A DNA stretch of 63,685 nt, the filler included, from Octopus bimaculoides (lineage: Eukaryota), in the NCBI RefSeq assembly GCF_001194135.2. It is 6 parts of 6 records of this genome, joined end to end, with 100 filler letters (N's around TTAATTAATTAA, not from the genome) between each part and the next. Parts side by side here need not be neighbours in the genome. Positions count along the whole stretch, not along the records: positions 1 to 6,236 come from NC_069003.1; positions 6,337 to 12,860 come from NC_069007.1; 4 more parts are not named here. One strand, written 5' to 3'. A model generated the notes under the pieces. That model was not told the origin of the DNA, made no database searches, and saw only the letters and a list, made by a program, of their open reading frames with translations. Position numbers and translations under genes: made by a program. Positions 1 to 12,860 of this stretch are shown here, in pieces (within the stretch, counting starts at the first letter, position 1; every line of letters starts with the position of its first letter).

Positions 1-34
<34 letters not shown>

Positions 35-37
35 GTA

Positions 38-98
<61 letters not shown>

Positions 99-259
99 AC
101 CCATAAGTATATATATTTCTATAAATGTATAGGCATATATATATATATGTACACATACACATGTACGTACATGAATATATTGGTGTGCGTGTACCAGAAC
201 TTTCGATATATATCATGTGTTTATCATGAGAGTATATAGATATGCAGATTTATAAACGT

Positions 260-304
<45 letters not shown>

Positions 305-720
305 TACATATGCATATATACATACTCACACGCGCACACTTACAAGAATATAAATGTGAAACAAAGCCCTTGAGAGCAGATTAATTATTATTGATTATCC
401 TAACATACAATAAATGCCTATAGTTATTGATAAGAAGGAGCGGACAATAGAAATGAAAAGGTACGGGGAGTAAAGGGACAGGAGAAAAAGAAAGAAAATA
501 ATTGAACTACTCTTCATTGTCTGTGTTCAACTTGTCAGCCATTACTGAGCAGACGACTGAAATGGGGAAGCAGAAGTAAAGTGGAATAACAAGTAGTTTA
601 ATATCTTTGACGATCATTTGTATTCGTCTTCTCCATATTAATATTGATTCATATGAAAGAGATACCACACACACCAGCCTAGAATCACAACCCGTTTATC
701 TATCGTATATATATATATAT

Positions 721-926
721 ATTTCAAATTTCGGCACAAGGCCAGCAACTTCGGAGGGAGAGAGCAGGTCGATTACATCGACTTCAGTGCTCAACTGGGA
801 CTCATTTTATCGATCTCGATAGGAATGAAAGGCTAAGTCGACCTCGGCAAATTTGAACTCAGAACGTAAAGACAGACGAAATTTTGCTAAGCATTTTGCT
901 CGGTATGCAAACGATGCCAGCTCGCC
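721..926 (-). mobile_element. SINE-A copy, tail type ii (tRNA-derived SINE)
   Basis: Reverse complement carries the ctggca..gttagca head, B-box gagttcaaatt and the central ctttcat(t)cct..gataaaatgagt module seen in the other copies. Confidence 0.85.
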
Positions 927-994
<68 letters not shown>

Positions 995-1467
995 TGATTT
1001 GTAAATTAGAATTCTAATATATACTCTTGTGTGAAGAACACGTTACCTTAAAGATACCATGCTTTACATGTATTTGATATCATTGTTTCATATATTCCTA
1101 TAGAGTATATGCATAAGTATACACAGGGCATGCTTGTGAGAAGAAAGTTATCACAACTGCAACATGAACGAAGCTCGAACGTGATTAGTGGAAAACGTAA
1201 AAGAACTCTAAGATTAAATGCAATTATGTTAAAAGAATGTGCATTTATAAAACAATGAAAATTTACTGCCTAAATGCTGCCACACCCACACATACACACA
1301 CACATGTTTCTATGCATTTTTAATATAGTTAGTACTCATTACTAAATATTATATCGTAAATACTGTTGTCCTATCTACGTTTATGTGTAGCGAAAAATTA
1401 AGCCCGTCTCATTCATATTATTGTCATCCTTTTAATGCTAACTGAACGGAAGAAGTGAATTATTCCT

Positions 1468-1580
1468 TCGGAAGAAGAGGGCAAGTCGATTACATCGACC
1501 TCAGTGCTCAATTGGGACTCATTTTATCGACCTCGAAAGGAATGAAAAGCAAAGTCGACCTCGGCGGATTTGAACTCAGA
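1468..1580 (-). mobile_element. SINE-A partial copy
   Basis: gtcgattacatcgacc...gaaaagcaaagtcgacctcggcggatttgaactcaga matches the family core; head missing. Confidence 0.8.
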
Positions 1581-2231
1581 TCATATATGCAGTTATATAA
1601 TCAAGTATTGTTACATATAAAATGAAAGTGAAGCAAAGCAAGCCAGTATGTAGATATTTAATAGCAATGTAATCTTAGTATTACTTAGGCTGAAAAGAAA
1701 AGTGCTAAAAATATATTTACTGTTGTTAAAGGAATGAGATATTAGCTCTTTGTGGAACGCTGGCAAAGCATGCAACAGTTGAAAATGTAAAATCTAAAGC
1801 AGACAGTTAAAGAGATGAAATATTGCAAAGCAGTTGTTAACAGAACGTACATTTAATATTAAAAAATTCAATGATGAATAAAAGAAGTATATTACCTGGG
1901 AAAATGATAATGATATAAGGTGTAATAATAAGAGCGAATCCTACTACAGAAAAGGTTTCAACACAAAACATTGTCAGCAACTGAAACAGGTTTAAAACAA
2001 AATATAATTTGTGTTAAAGATGCAGGAAGAAAGTAATACTATAAATGATAATAAATGTGTCAGAATAGGGCAATGAAAAGTTTTGAATAACTTATCTCAC
2101 ACGCAAATAGCAAATGATGTTGTGGAGATATTCAAACATGCAATGTTTGCCAAGTAGAAATTCAAATAAAAGGTTAATTGTAGTCCAGTAATGAAAACTT
2201 CACTTCGGCCGCATAAAAGTGTGTATGAGTT

Positions 2232-2465
2232 GGCGGCGAGCTGGCAGAAACGTTAGCACGCCGGGCGAAATGCTTAAGCGGTATTTCGTCTGCCGTAACG
2301 TTCTGAGTTCAAATTCCGCCGAGGTCGACTTTGCCTTTCATCCTTTCGTGGTCGATAAATTAAGTACCAGTTACGCACGGGAGTCGATGTAATAGACTTA
2401 ATCCCATTGTCTGTCCTTGTTTGTCCCCTCTATGTTTAGCCCCTTGTGGGCAATAAAGAAATAAG
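2232..2465 (+). mobile_element. SINE-A full-length, tail type i, with 14-bp TSD
   Basis: A-box-like tggcagaaacg, B-box gagttcaaattcc, tail ending aataaagaaataag; TSD aagtgtgtatgagt at 2217-2230 and 2466-2479. Confidence 0.92.
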
Positions 2466-2479
2466 AAGTGTGTATGAGT

Positions 2480-2905
2480 AGACCTGGAAGTTAAAAATTA
2501 CCGGACAAGAGTGGAGCACAAAGAGGGAACAGGACGCCCATCAACCTCCAGCATTTGAGGGAAGAATCAACAAGTTCAAGAGATGGTTGATTTTTATCAC
2601 TCTCAGTACATGTTCTAAGATCACATTGTCCTCAGATTGATACCCAAACACTCTGAAATGTTTGTAGTGGAGCATCCGACGCGTAGTGGAGCATCCGGAA
2701 CATGCCGAGCAATACAGCACGTTGTTTCCAAATTTCTGGCAGAGTGAATTGCGTCATGGTGGTGTTTTTCTCACAGACGGTGCCCAACTGACCTTACTAT
2801 ACCGTGTAGTCGACAAAATCAAAGCAATGCGCATACGCGAAATTAACAATGCGCATTCGCGAAATTAAAAATATAGAATGGTCAATTTACTCTTCGCACC
2901 CTGTA
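2480..2905. mobile_element. Possible Tc1/mariner-type non-autonomous remnant (right end)
   Basis: Ends in gcaccctg-TA, i.e. a TA-CAGGGTG-type terminus, with short subterminal duplications; no transposase recognised. Confidence 0.35.
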
Positions 2906-4006
2906 TATATATATATATATATATATATNNNNNNNNNNNNNNNNNNNNNNNNNNNNNNNNNNNNNNNNNNNNNNNNNNNNNNNNNNNNNNNNNNNNNNNN
3001 NNNNNNNNNNNNNNNNNNNNNNNNNNNNNNNNNNNNNNNNNNNNNNNNNNNNNNNNNNNNNNNNNNNNNNNNNNNNNNNNNNNNNNNNNNNNNNNNNNNN
3101 NNNNNNNNNNNNNNNNNNNNNNNNNNNNNNNNNNNNNNNNNNNNNNNNNNNNNNNNNNNNNNNNNNNNNNNNNNNNNNNNNNNNNNNNNNNNNNNNNNNN
3201 NNNNNNNNNNNNNNNNNNNNNNNNNNNNNNNNNNNNNNNNNNNNNNNNNNNNNNNNNNNNNNNNNNNNNNNNNNNNNNNNNNNNNNNNNNNNNNNNNNNN
3301 NNNNNNNNNNNNNNNNNNNNNNNNNTATATATATATAGACACACACACATAATATATATGTGCGCGCGCGCGCGTGTAGCAAGGATATGAAAAAAAAACG
3401 TTACGAAACAAATTTTATCGTTTATATCCGTCGAGATTATAATCCGCGATCTAATAAAGGTACTGATAAGGCTACAGAATCTTAGAGACGCTAACTTCTG
3501 TTTACCTACCGTCTAGAAATTATAGGCATTCAGTTCTTGTCTCCAAGACAGTGATATGTAATTGTAATCTAATAATAGACTGGCACTACCAGAAAAATTA
3601 AGCCGTGCAATATATTAATTTTTTTCACTCTCTTTAAGCTTGTCTGACGCAACCGACTCAATATCTTTCTTGCGTCTATTTATTTCCTACTTAACATTAA
3701 CGCTCCATATACAAGAATATTCTGGAAGGTATGTTCTAGATAATATCGCTTATTTATTACTTTTTGCTCGATCTAATGTCACCCTGTTCGTGTAAATTCG
3801 TAATCTTTGTATGAACAGGAGACATATTTTTCTAGTTTTTACTTGCAGTGTTATTTTCTTACTATAATTTTATTAACCATTGCAAACGTATCCATAACAT
3901 TTTATCGCCGATTATCAACGTAAAATCTAGAACTAAAAGCATGTAATGCTTTGAATGTTACAGAAATATTAAAAAAAATTATCTTGTTATATATATTTAT
4001 ATACAA

Positions 4007-4076
<70 letters not shown>

Positions 4077-4289
4077 ATCTATCTATCTATCTATCTAACT
4101 ATCTATCTATCTATCTATCTATCTATATACACACATATATATACACACACATATATATATGTACGTACACACATACATTTTTAGATTTATATATATTGGC
4201 AAATCAATATATAGGCAAATCAAAAATATAAAAAAAGAAAACAGGGAAGATAACAAAAATCAAAATCTGTACACAGTGAATGTATTAGA

Positions 4290-4440
4290 TTGACGTGCAG
4301 GGAAAGCTTAAGATGGTAAAAAGAGTGGGGTGTGACGTTTCGAGCATGGCTCTTTGTCAGATAGAAAAAAGAATAAAAAGTCTAGAGAGAAGGAAAAGGA
4401 TACTCCGGGAAAAGCACCGGTGTTGTTACATGGCTGAAAA
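4290..4440 (-). mobile_element. Penelope-like terminal fragment with degenerate hammerhead motif
   Basis: Minus strand at 4360-4331 reads ctgacaaa-gagc-cat-gctc-gaaac-gtc-aca. Confidence 0.5.
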
Positions 4441-5410
4441 AATATATACATATACATGTATACATACAAGCATACGCACATACACACACACACACATACA
4501 TACACACACACACACTTAGTGTGCATGCACAGCAGAGCTCAAAGTCTTTGCCAAGCGGCTACACTCGTATACTTATATATATATACATACAAATACGCAC
4601 ACGCACGCGCGTGCGCGCACACACACACACATGTACATATATGAACCACAGGCGTATATAGCCTGTAGTATTGTTTCAGATGCCTAAATAGTCTTGGCCA
4701 GACACAGATACCTGTTTGGCTCTCGTTCTCTGACCCAGCAGAGGATGTGACAACCAGAGGGAGAGACAGGAAACTGTATAGCATTAGGCTGGGGATACTT
4801 TTCAGCTGAGTACCTTGGGCATTGAATCCATGCTCCTTTGATAGTTATCGCAACACCGTCACAACTAGGGCACACGCTTCACGCATACACACACACACAC
4901 ACGCACACATACACGCACACATACACACGTCCACAGACTCCCATAGAGGAGTAAAACCTTCTGTCTGCCTTAGACCGGGCGGTTGTGATTAGGAGAAGCT
5001 AGATAAAGACGAAGGAACAAAGTGCTGCAGGTTAAAATAAAATTATGATGACAGCAGAAAGAAATTTGTTCAGCTGAACATATGTTAATGCATAACGAAG
5101 TAGAGTGTGAATGTAGACGGGGAACAAAAGAAGAAAAAGGCAGCGGAAATATTTGTTCAATTAGAAAAGCTTTAGTTCGAAGAATGGTCAATGTTCGGTT
5201 GCGTACTTTATCAAAAAAATGTATTTATCAGAATAATTGTTAGAAATTTCTTAAATAAGAACTTTTAATGAGGGAAAGCGAAACATGTGACAGTAATGAT
5301 TGGCAGATGTGGTTGAAACTACGGAACTCTAGAATTGTTTCATTGTATTTGGTTTCATTGTATTTGGTTTGCAAGATTCTTTAAGTGAATTCGCGTATTG
5401 AAATAACGTG

Positions 5411-5630
5411 TTATTTCTTTACTACCCACAAGGAGCTACACACAGAGGGGACAAACAAGGACAGACAAACGGATTAAGTCGATTATATTGACCCCAGTGC
5501 GTAACTGGTACTTATTTAATCGACCCCGAAAGGATCTAAGGCAAAGTCGACCTCGGCGGAATTTGAACTCAGAACGTAGCGGCAGGCGAAATACCGCTAA
5601 ACGGGCTAACGTTTCTGCCAGCTCGCCGCC
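5411..5630 (-). mobile_element. SINE-A, tail type i, small head deletion
   Basis: Near-complete reverse complement of the 2232-2465 copy. Confidence 0.9.
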
Positions 5631-6336
5631 TTTGATATTGAAATGACGTGTGTTAATATCATTAACACACGTACTGTTGATAATGAATTAAGGGACTTAA
5701 CAGTTTCAGATAAACTTAAGAGAAACTTATACCAAAGTAGATAAAAAAAAAAAGTATTGTGAAGAGTGATAAGACTGGAACACAGTCGTGTTTTAGTTCA
5801 ACAAAAATCTTTATGCTGCGTATGTTGTCTTCTACATCTACACACGCACGCACGCGCGCGCACGTACATACGAGTGCATATGTGTATCGAATACCGTACA
5901 AATCTATATCATGGTACCATGTTACATAAGAATCATATCTACGTACATTCAATACAGGCAAGAAGAATATTTGATTAGTGCAAAGAAATTTACAAACATA
6001 CACACACACACACACACAGACTAATACGCAAATAAGCACACAAACTCATACAGACACGCACATACACATACACACACACACATGCACACACAAATATACA
6101 TCACTTTTTGAAACTCTGACACCAGTTGCTGCGAATTTGATCAAATTTCCGATAATCAATAAATAGAAAAAAATATATATACATCCTCTAGCGACCTTTA
6201 TAAACATACTTGATATGAGTGTGTGTGTGTATGTATNNNNNNNNNNNNNNNNNNNNNNNNNNNNNNNNNNNNNNNNNNNNTTAATTAATTAANNNNNNNN
6301 NNNNNNNNNNNNNNNNNNNNNNNNNNNNNNNNNNNN

Positions 6337-6959
6337 TTTTTACAAAGAAGTACAAAATGAAGAAAATAATATATAAAAAAAATAATATATAGAAAAATAA
6401 ATATACCAATACATTATATTGTCTTTGAGCTTTTAAAGTTCAATGGTAATCCATGTGTATAATGGTTGGAAAAATAAGGATGCATGAGGATTGAGAGTTT
6501 TGTTAGGTTTAAAAAAAGGGTTAAAAGTTTGTGTTAAGCAGGAAGTGTGGTGTCAAAACAGGAAGTGTGTGTAAGGGGAGACAAATGTTTTTAGTTGGAG
6601 TTATGAACTCTTTTTCTAGAAATTCCAACCATTTCTTAACACACATACCCCTCAGTGACCTTATTTCTCTAGGAACAGACATAAACTTCCTGTTGAAAAA
6701 GAGTTCATAACTCCAACTAAAAACATTTGTCTCCCCTTACACACACTTCCTGTTTTGACATCACACTTCCTGTTTAACACAAACTTTTAACCCATTTTTT
6801 AAACCTAACACAACTCTCAACTCTCATGCATCCTTATTTTTCCAACCATTATATACATGAACTACCACTGAACTTCAAAAGCTCAAAGACAATATAATGT
6901 ATTGGTTTATTATTTTTTTTATATATTATTTTCTTCATTTTGTACTTCTTTGTAAAAAA
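6337..6959. repeat. Long imperfect inverted repeat (fold-back/MITE-like)
   Basis: Arm 6337-6616 is the reverse complement of 6695-6959, with a 78-nt spacer; the left end runs into a gap. Confidence 0.9.
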
Positions 6960-7734
6960 GATGATGATGATGATGGTATATATGGTTCAAATTTACAAAA
7001 AACAAAACACGAAGACAGGTGTAGGAACAACAAGCAGGTATATTAGTTCAACGCTCAGGAAGAATGGAAAAGCCTTTTACGTTTCGAACCTTTGCTGTTC
7101 AACAGAAAGGATTAAGAAGCCAAAAAAAAAAAAAAAAAAAAACGGAGAAAGAATAAGAAGAAAAAAAAGAGAGAGAAAATGTGTAGAAATTAACGGTTCA
7201 ACACACACACATACACAGACATTTTTGTTATGGATTGTATTCAAACACGAACATCTACTTTTATAAACTTGGCACTGTTCTTTCTGAATGTCAGCTGGAA
7301 ATCCAACACAAGAACCAAGCAATATTTCATTTCAAATCAAAGGGGTGGTCTATACGCGGCCTTTTCATCTGGTAGTAATAGCAGCCAAATGTCTAGCAGA
7401 CCACGTTCTACCGTTTATAAAAAATACTTAACAAAATATTGGATCAATTTAGTCGTGTAAATGAGACCAGTTACCATGATAAGTGAAGATACATTATCTT
7501 TGTCATAACAGACGAGACGGTCACGGCTGGAACGCCTTCCATAAATGTCTGTAAGAAGCTTTTCCCGAGACTAAAAGACAATTCTATCAACGATTGTAAA
7601 AACGCTATTACCAGACAAGGGAGCCAACTCTTTATATGAGTTGCGTCCCTTTGATTTTTTTCTTTTTTTCTTTCTATTGTCTTTGAGACAACGATACATT
7701 CCTTCGGTTAATTTAAATAATTGTTCATAATTTT

Positions 7735-7930
7735 AGACATAAGGCCAGCGACTTTCAGAGGAGGGGGGTTTGTCGGCTTCAGCGACTCCATTACTGGACC
7801 TGAACTTTATTTTATCGCTCCTCGAAGAATAGAAAAGCAAAGAGTTAGCCGCAGCGGAATTTGAACTCAAAGCATTAAAGAGCAGGAAACAAACAACACA
7901 AGGTATTTTTTCCAACGCTCTAACGACTCT
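7735..7930 (-). mobile_element. Decayed SINE-A
   Basis: gaatttgaactcaaagc and ttttattttatcgctcctcgaag remnants. Confidence 0.6.
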
Positions 7931-8179
7931 ACTGGTTCCAATCCATCCCCCAACCCCATTTAACCTCCATAATAAAATGATGCTTAGTAGATGTTGAGGA
8001 ATTATTTACACTATTTACATTTGTCCTCATCTTGTTTGTTGTTAACACAACGTTTCCAGCACACAAGTCCTTGGTTTCAATGGCTGCTGTACCAACCTCC
8101 CTATTCTCCTGATTTCGTCCCCATATAACTATCATTTGTTCCCCAACATGAACAAACACTTGTCTGGGAACCAGTATTG

Positions 8180-8513
8180 CAGTAATGATTCCCAGACCGG
8201 GCGCTGTGAGTGTTTATTGAGCGAAAACACCTAAAAGCTCCACGAGGCTCCGGCAGGGGATGGTGGCGAACCCTGCTGTACTCTTCCACCACAACTTTCT
8301 CTCACTCTTACTTCCTGTTTCTGTTGTGCTTGTAATTCAAAGGGTCAGTCTTGTCACACACTGTGTCACGCTGAATATCCCCGAGAACTACGTTAAGGGT
8401 ACACGTGTCTGTGGAGTGCTCAGCCACTTGCACGTTAATTTCACGAGCAGGCTGTTCCGTTGATCGGATCAACTGGAACCCTCGTCGTCGTAACCGACGG
8501 AGTGCCAACAACA
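8180..8513 (+). mobile_element. SINE-C copy (tRNA-like head remnant, (CAA)n tail)
   Basis: Starts gattcccagaccggg, ends gagtgccaacaaca; about 90% identical by eye to the reverse complement of 12561-12860. Confidence 0.8.
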
Positions 8514-8675
8514 TGGTGATTGATGATGTAAAGTCTATTTCTCAGCATATTGGCATAGAAATTTTTTCTTTTACCCTTATTTATAATTGTTTATAATTTT
8601 CACCTTTAAAGGTATTTTTAATATGCTGGCCACTTTGATGAAATTTTTTTTAAAAACTTTTATCCTATATTAGAA

Positions 8676-8745
<70 letters not shown>

Positions 8746-8793
8746 GTATATATATCTTCATCTATCTATCTATCTATATATATATATATGCAC

Positions 8794-9020
8794 ACAAGGG
8801 GGTGCTGAAAAGTTCCTGGTTTTGGGTAAAAGAAAATACAGGAGGATTCATTTAATTTATGATTTTATTCACCATATTCCCCTCTCAGATTCACACACTT
8901 ACTGCAGCAGTCCTTCAGTTTTTACTAACCCCTGTAAAACAACTCGGAATGTTGGGCTTCCAACCAATCCTTTCATGACACCCTTAAATACATAAACTTT
9001 TCATCCCCACTTTTTTGTAG
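8794..9020 (-). mobile_element. Mariner-derived miniature element
   Basis: TIR-like aggggg-tgctgaaaagttcctgg; same family as 49512-49728, opposite orientation. Confidence 0.7.
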
Positions 9021-10514
9021 TTATTCAGGAGGACAACAAGACTTTGAATTCTACTCCACATACCCCCAACTCCAAGGTACCTGTACGTCTACACCCACTC
9101 TCACTTCTAATGACTGACCTTAAGCCACATATCTCACTCCAGCTGTCCACCAAGTTTGTGAGTCAGTGAAGTGGTTGCGCAGCGTGTGTCAGTGAGGGCT
9201 TTCATTCCTTTCTCTGCATACCAGAACTTCCTCACTGTGAAGGTAGGAGTGCCTTTACCTGGTCAACAGAGGAGCTATCACGTTACCAGTTGGATTTGGT
9301 CGGACCAGTATTTTGTGCACGCACACAGACACACGAGCATTCATATGCACACACACAAACACCACATGCACTAAGACACGCATGCACACACACACACACG
9401 CAAACACTCATACACACCCACACACACACCCATACACTCATACACACAAACACACACACACACACACACAAGCATAATCATCTACACACAAACACCACAT
9501 GCACAAACACACACACACCAATACACATGCACAAACAGAAATACACCCACACACCAATACACATGCAAGCACATACACACACACACACATACACTTATAC
9601 ACACACAAACATTCATACATCCACACACATACTTATACACACGCACACACACTAACAATCATACACACACACAAACACTCATACACACATCATGAATTCT
9701 ATTCAAGCAATTGACAATTGAGTGCACAGACTTATAACAAAGACGAAATTTCTTGTACTGTTTTCATGACTCACCCCAGCAGTGATGTTCGTCTGATCCC
9801 CAACATATATAGAAATGTGTTTTTAATACAAGTCTACAAAGAGTTTTTTTTTTAATCTCAACTTCATAGCATCAGGCCTTCTTACAGTGTGTATACATTT
9901 AGTATGATACACAAATGACTTAGCGATCAGGGTATTGCACACACAATCGTGAGATGTTAGTTTCCATTTCTGGATTGGTTGGTATGTTGTGTTCTTGAAC
10001 AAAACACTGCATCTCATGTTGCTCACTTAGACACCTGACATGTGGCACCTGTACAGGTGTCAGTTTGATCGAGGCAATGACCTGATATACAACACATATT
10101 TTGATCACTATAAAAAAATCATTTCTGCAGGGTTGTTTAGTAAGAAAATGCAGGGTCCTCATCTGACATTGAGCAACGAGGAAGGTTCATGGTAATAACA
10201 TATACAGGAAAGGCATCCAAATATAGAAACTATGCCAAAGATAAAACTGGATGTCAATGCTCCCACTGGAAAATACCATGATAGCTGCACCGCAGACATC
10301 CAAGAACTGCCAGTGACTGCACAGGATGTAAGAATGAAATCTATAGGTGATGAGAAGCAAAAGCGAAATCGTGATGGCACCTGTACCAGTAGATCACTAA
10401 GCAGCATTGTTGTACCCACCTATCATTGATTCTGGGGGTTTTGGCAGTTGACCCAAAACATTTCAAATTACCCATGATCTTTGCTAAAGTCACCCTATTT
10501 CATACACCAAAATA

Positions 10515-10700
10515 TCATCATCATCATCATCATTTAATGTCCATTGTCCATGCTAGCATGGGTTGGACGGTTTGAACAGGGCTGGGAGGTTGCACCAATC
10601 TTCAGTCTGATTTGGCATGGTTTTCTATGGCTGGATGCCTTTCCAAACGCCAACCCCATTCCAAGAAAGCAATGGGTGCCAGTGGCATGGGTTCCAGTTG
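10515..10700 (-). mobile_element. Retroposon 3' end, family D, (GAT)n tail
   Basis: catcatcatttaatgtccattgtccatgctagcatgggttggacgg...ggctggatgcc; related copies at 11110, 12198 and 13155. Confidence 0.7.
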
Positions 10701-11109
10701 TGTGAAACCAGTATCTGCCATAACTACAATTCTGACTTAGCTTGATGGGTCTTCTTCAGGAATTAGTGGCCCCTTTTTAGATTGCCTAATTTTCTTAAGT
10801 GCTGTACCTGTTTCACAGCCCTCAGCAATCATGGATCTCTCCATGCCAAATTCTGGAGATTCATGGATTTTTATCTTGGAAAAACACAACAGTGGTTTTC
10901 TGCTGCCTTCTGGTGGTATATTTACCATTTATTTTTTTAATGTTTTCTCTCATGAGTTCACTCTTGAGGGCACGGGACCTATTTAACCCTTAAATATCAG
11001 AGCATGTCCATACTCTGGTGGGGCTATGTGATGCATGTTTAGTGACCAACCATCTTCTGATTTCTGATTAACAAGAACCTGCTTTGCCTCGTTCCCTTAT
11101 GCCCCTCCC

Positions 11110-11357
11110 CTCAAGTTTATCTGTCTTGTGAGCTGCCTGGTTCCCTCGCTGGGTGCTGGGGACACAAGAAAAACATCTTGCATGCAGTGGAAAGTGGTTG
11201 GTGTTATGAAGGACATCCAGCCATAGAAACCATGTTAGAGTCGACACTAGGGCCTGATGCAGTTCTTGAGCCTGTCAGATCTTGTCAAACTGTCCGCAAC
11301 CCATGCCAGCAAGGGACACAGCACAAACGTTAAATGAGAATGATGATGATGATGATG
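11110..11357 (+). mobile_element. Retroposon 3' end, family D
   Basis: gaaggacatccagccatagaaaccatg...aacccatgccagca...aacgttaaatga followed by a (tga)n tail. Confidence 0.7.
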
Positions 11358-11666
11358 GTGAAGAGGGCAATGCACTTGCTAACATACACTTTGCAGAACA
11401 ATGAGGGCAGTTGAGATCAGTGTGGTCAGTTAGTTGGTTTCAGTGTTTGTTCGTTTTTTTTTTCAGGTCGATGTCCTGACCACGGGGTGGGAATAGAGAA
11501 AAACAAGAAAAACAGAAAAACACCAATGGGAAGATAAAAAGACGAGAAGAGAGAGAGTTGGGTGGCAGAGGGGCAAAGAAAAGGCGGGGAGAGGGGAAGA
11601 GAGATCTGACAAATAGCTTTTATGTTGATAAGGAGTCATTAAACTGAACACACCTATGTATGAGAA

Positions 11667-11699
<33 letters not shown>

Positions 11700-11720
11700 T
11701 ACATATACATACATATGTAT

Positions 11721-11762
<42 letters not shown>

Positions 11763-12197
11763 CAAACACACAATACCAAATATATATATAGAGAGAGAAG
11801 AACATGAACATAAACACACATTTATTGTGTGTGTGTGTGTGTGTGTTGTTGTTGTTCCGGCTGTTTCCACATTTTTCGGTGTTTTCTTTGATCAGGTCTT
11901 CCAGATATTTCTGGTCACATGACCTTGGACGGACCACAAAAGAACCGACAAAAACAAATTGCAACTATATTTATCATTATTCCAGGATCTTCTCAAGAAA
12001 CATGGGACAATTAAATACATTTTGTTTTTTTCATAATTAGCAAACATGCACGCTCTCATGAATCAAAACCGAAAGTGACAGGACGGAGGAATGCTAATGC
12101 CTCGTCAACATGCAAGAAATAGCAGCTAAATGTCTCGCAAATTTATACTGTACCAGCAGGAAAAAAAGGAGGCAGATGTTAGCTAATGTTGCTTTAT

Positions 12198-12305
12198 ATC
12201 ATCATCATCAATTAACGTCTGCCTTCCATGCTGGCATGGGTTAGATCGTTTGACAGGGACTGGCCAGGCAGGAGCCTGCCCCAGACTTCTGCGTCTGTTT
12301 TGGCA
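12198..12305 (-). mobile_element. Retroposon 3' end, family D
   Basis: catcatcatcaattaacgtctgccttccatgctggcatgggtt. Confidence 0.7.
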
Positions 12306-12560
12306 ATAGGTATTTAAATTTTTTTAGAATTTTTTGCGGAGGGTGAAAGTGGTAACAAGAATTTGAACTTACCACAAGCCTGTCTTGTTTCACTTCGTCC
12401 ATTGAATCATCATCGAACAGCATCAGGAGTTCACCTGAAGAAGAAATAAAAAAAACAAAAACAACAGGTCATCATTATCATCAGCATCATCATCGTTGTC
12501 ACCATCCCCGTCACAGTCCCCAGCATCATCATTGTCATCATTGATACACACTGATGTAAC

Positions 12561-12860
12561 TGTTGTTGTTGGCGCTCCGTCGCTTACGGCGACGAGGGTT
12601 CCAGTTAATCTGATCGACGGACTAGCCTGCTCGTGAAATTAACGTGCAAGTGGCTGAGCACTCCACAGACACGTGTACCCTTAACGTAGTTCTCGGGGGA
12701 TATTCAGCGTGAGACGGTGTGACAAGGCTGACCCTTTGAATTACAGGCACAACAGAAACAGGAAGCAAGAGTGAGAGAAAGTTGTGGTGGAAGAGTACAG
12801 CAGGGTTCACCACCATCCCCTGCCGGAGCCTCGTGGAGCTTTTAGGTGTTTTCGCTCAAT
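12561..12860 (-). mobile_element. SINE-C copy, head lost in gap
   Basis: Reverse complement of 8210-8513. Confidence 0.8.

Noticed and set aside
2232-2310. tRNA-like heads of SINE-A and SINE-B as tRNA genes
   Set aside because: A/B boxes are present but there is no full cloverleaf, and they continue into SINE bodies.
3420-3900. Possible decayed L1/Tx1 endonuclease region
   Set aside because: Only vague motif resemblance with many stops; needs a profile search.
4710-4784. Signal-peptide-like ORF MLYSFLSLPLVVTSSAG with a phase-1 donor
   Set aside because: Weak donor (gtatct) and no partner exon found.
6281-6292. TTAATTAATTAA islands (also 12905, 24518, 52191, 62402)
   Set aside because: Each is centred in a 100-base block with 44 N on either side and encodes stops in all six frames; a scaffolding spacer, not biology.
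9020-9310. Possible RT fragment (TYRYLGV on the minus strand)
   Set aside because: Single short motif with no supporting neighbouring motifs.
11466-11500. Strong acceptor tttttttcag at about 11466, and another at about 29172
   Set aside because: No matching donor or coherent reading frame downstream.
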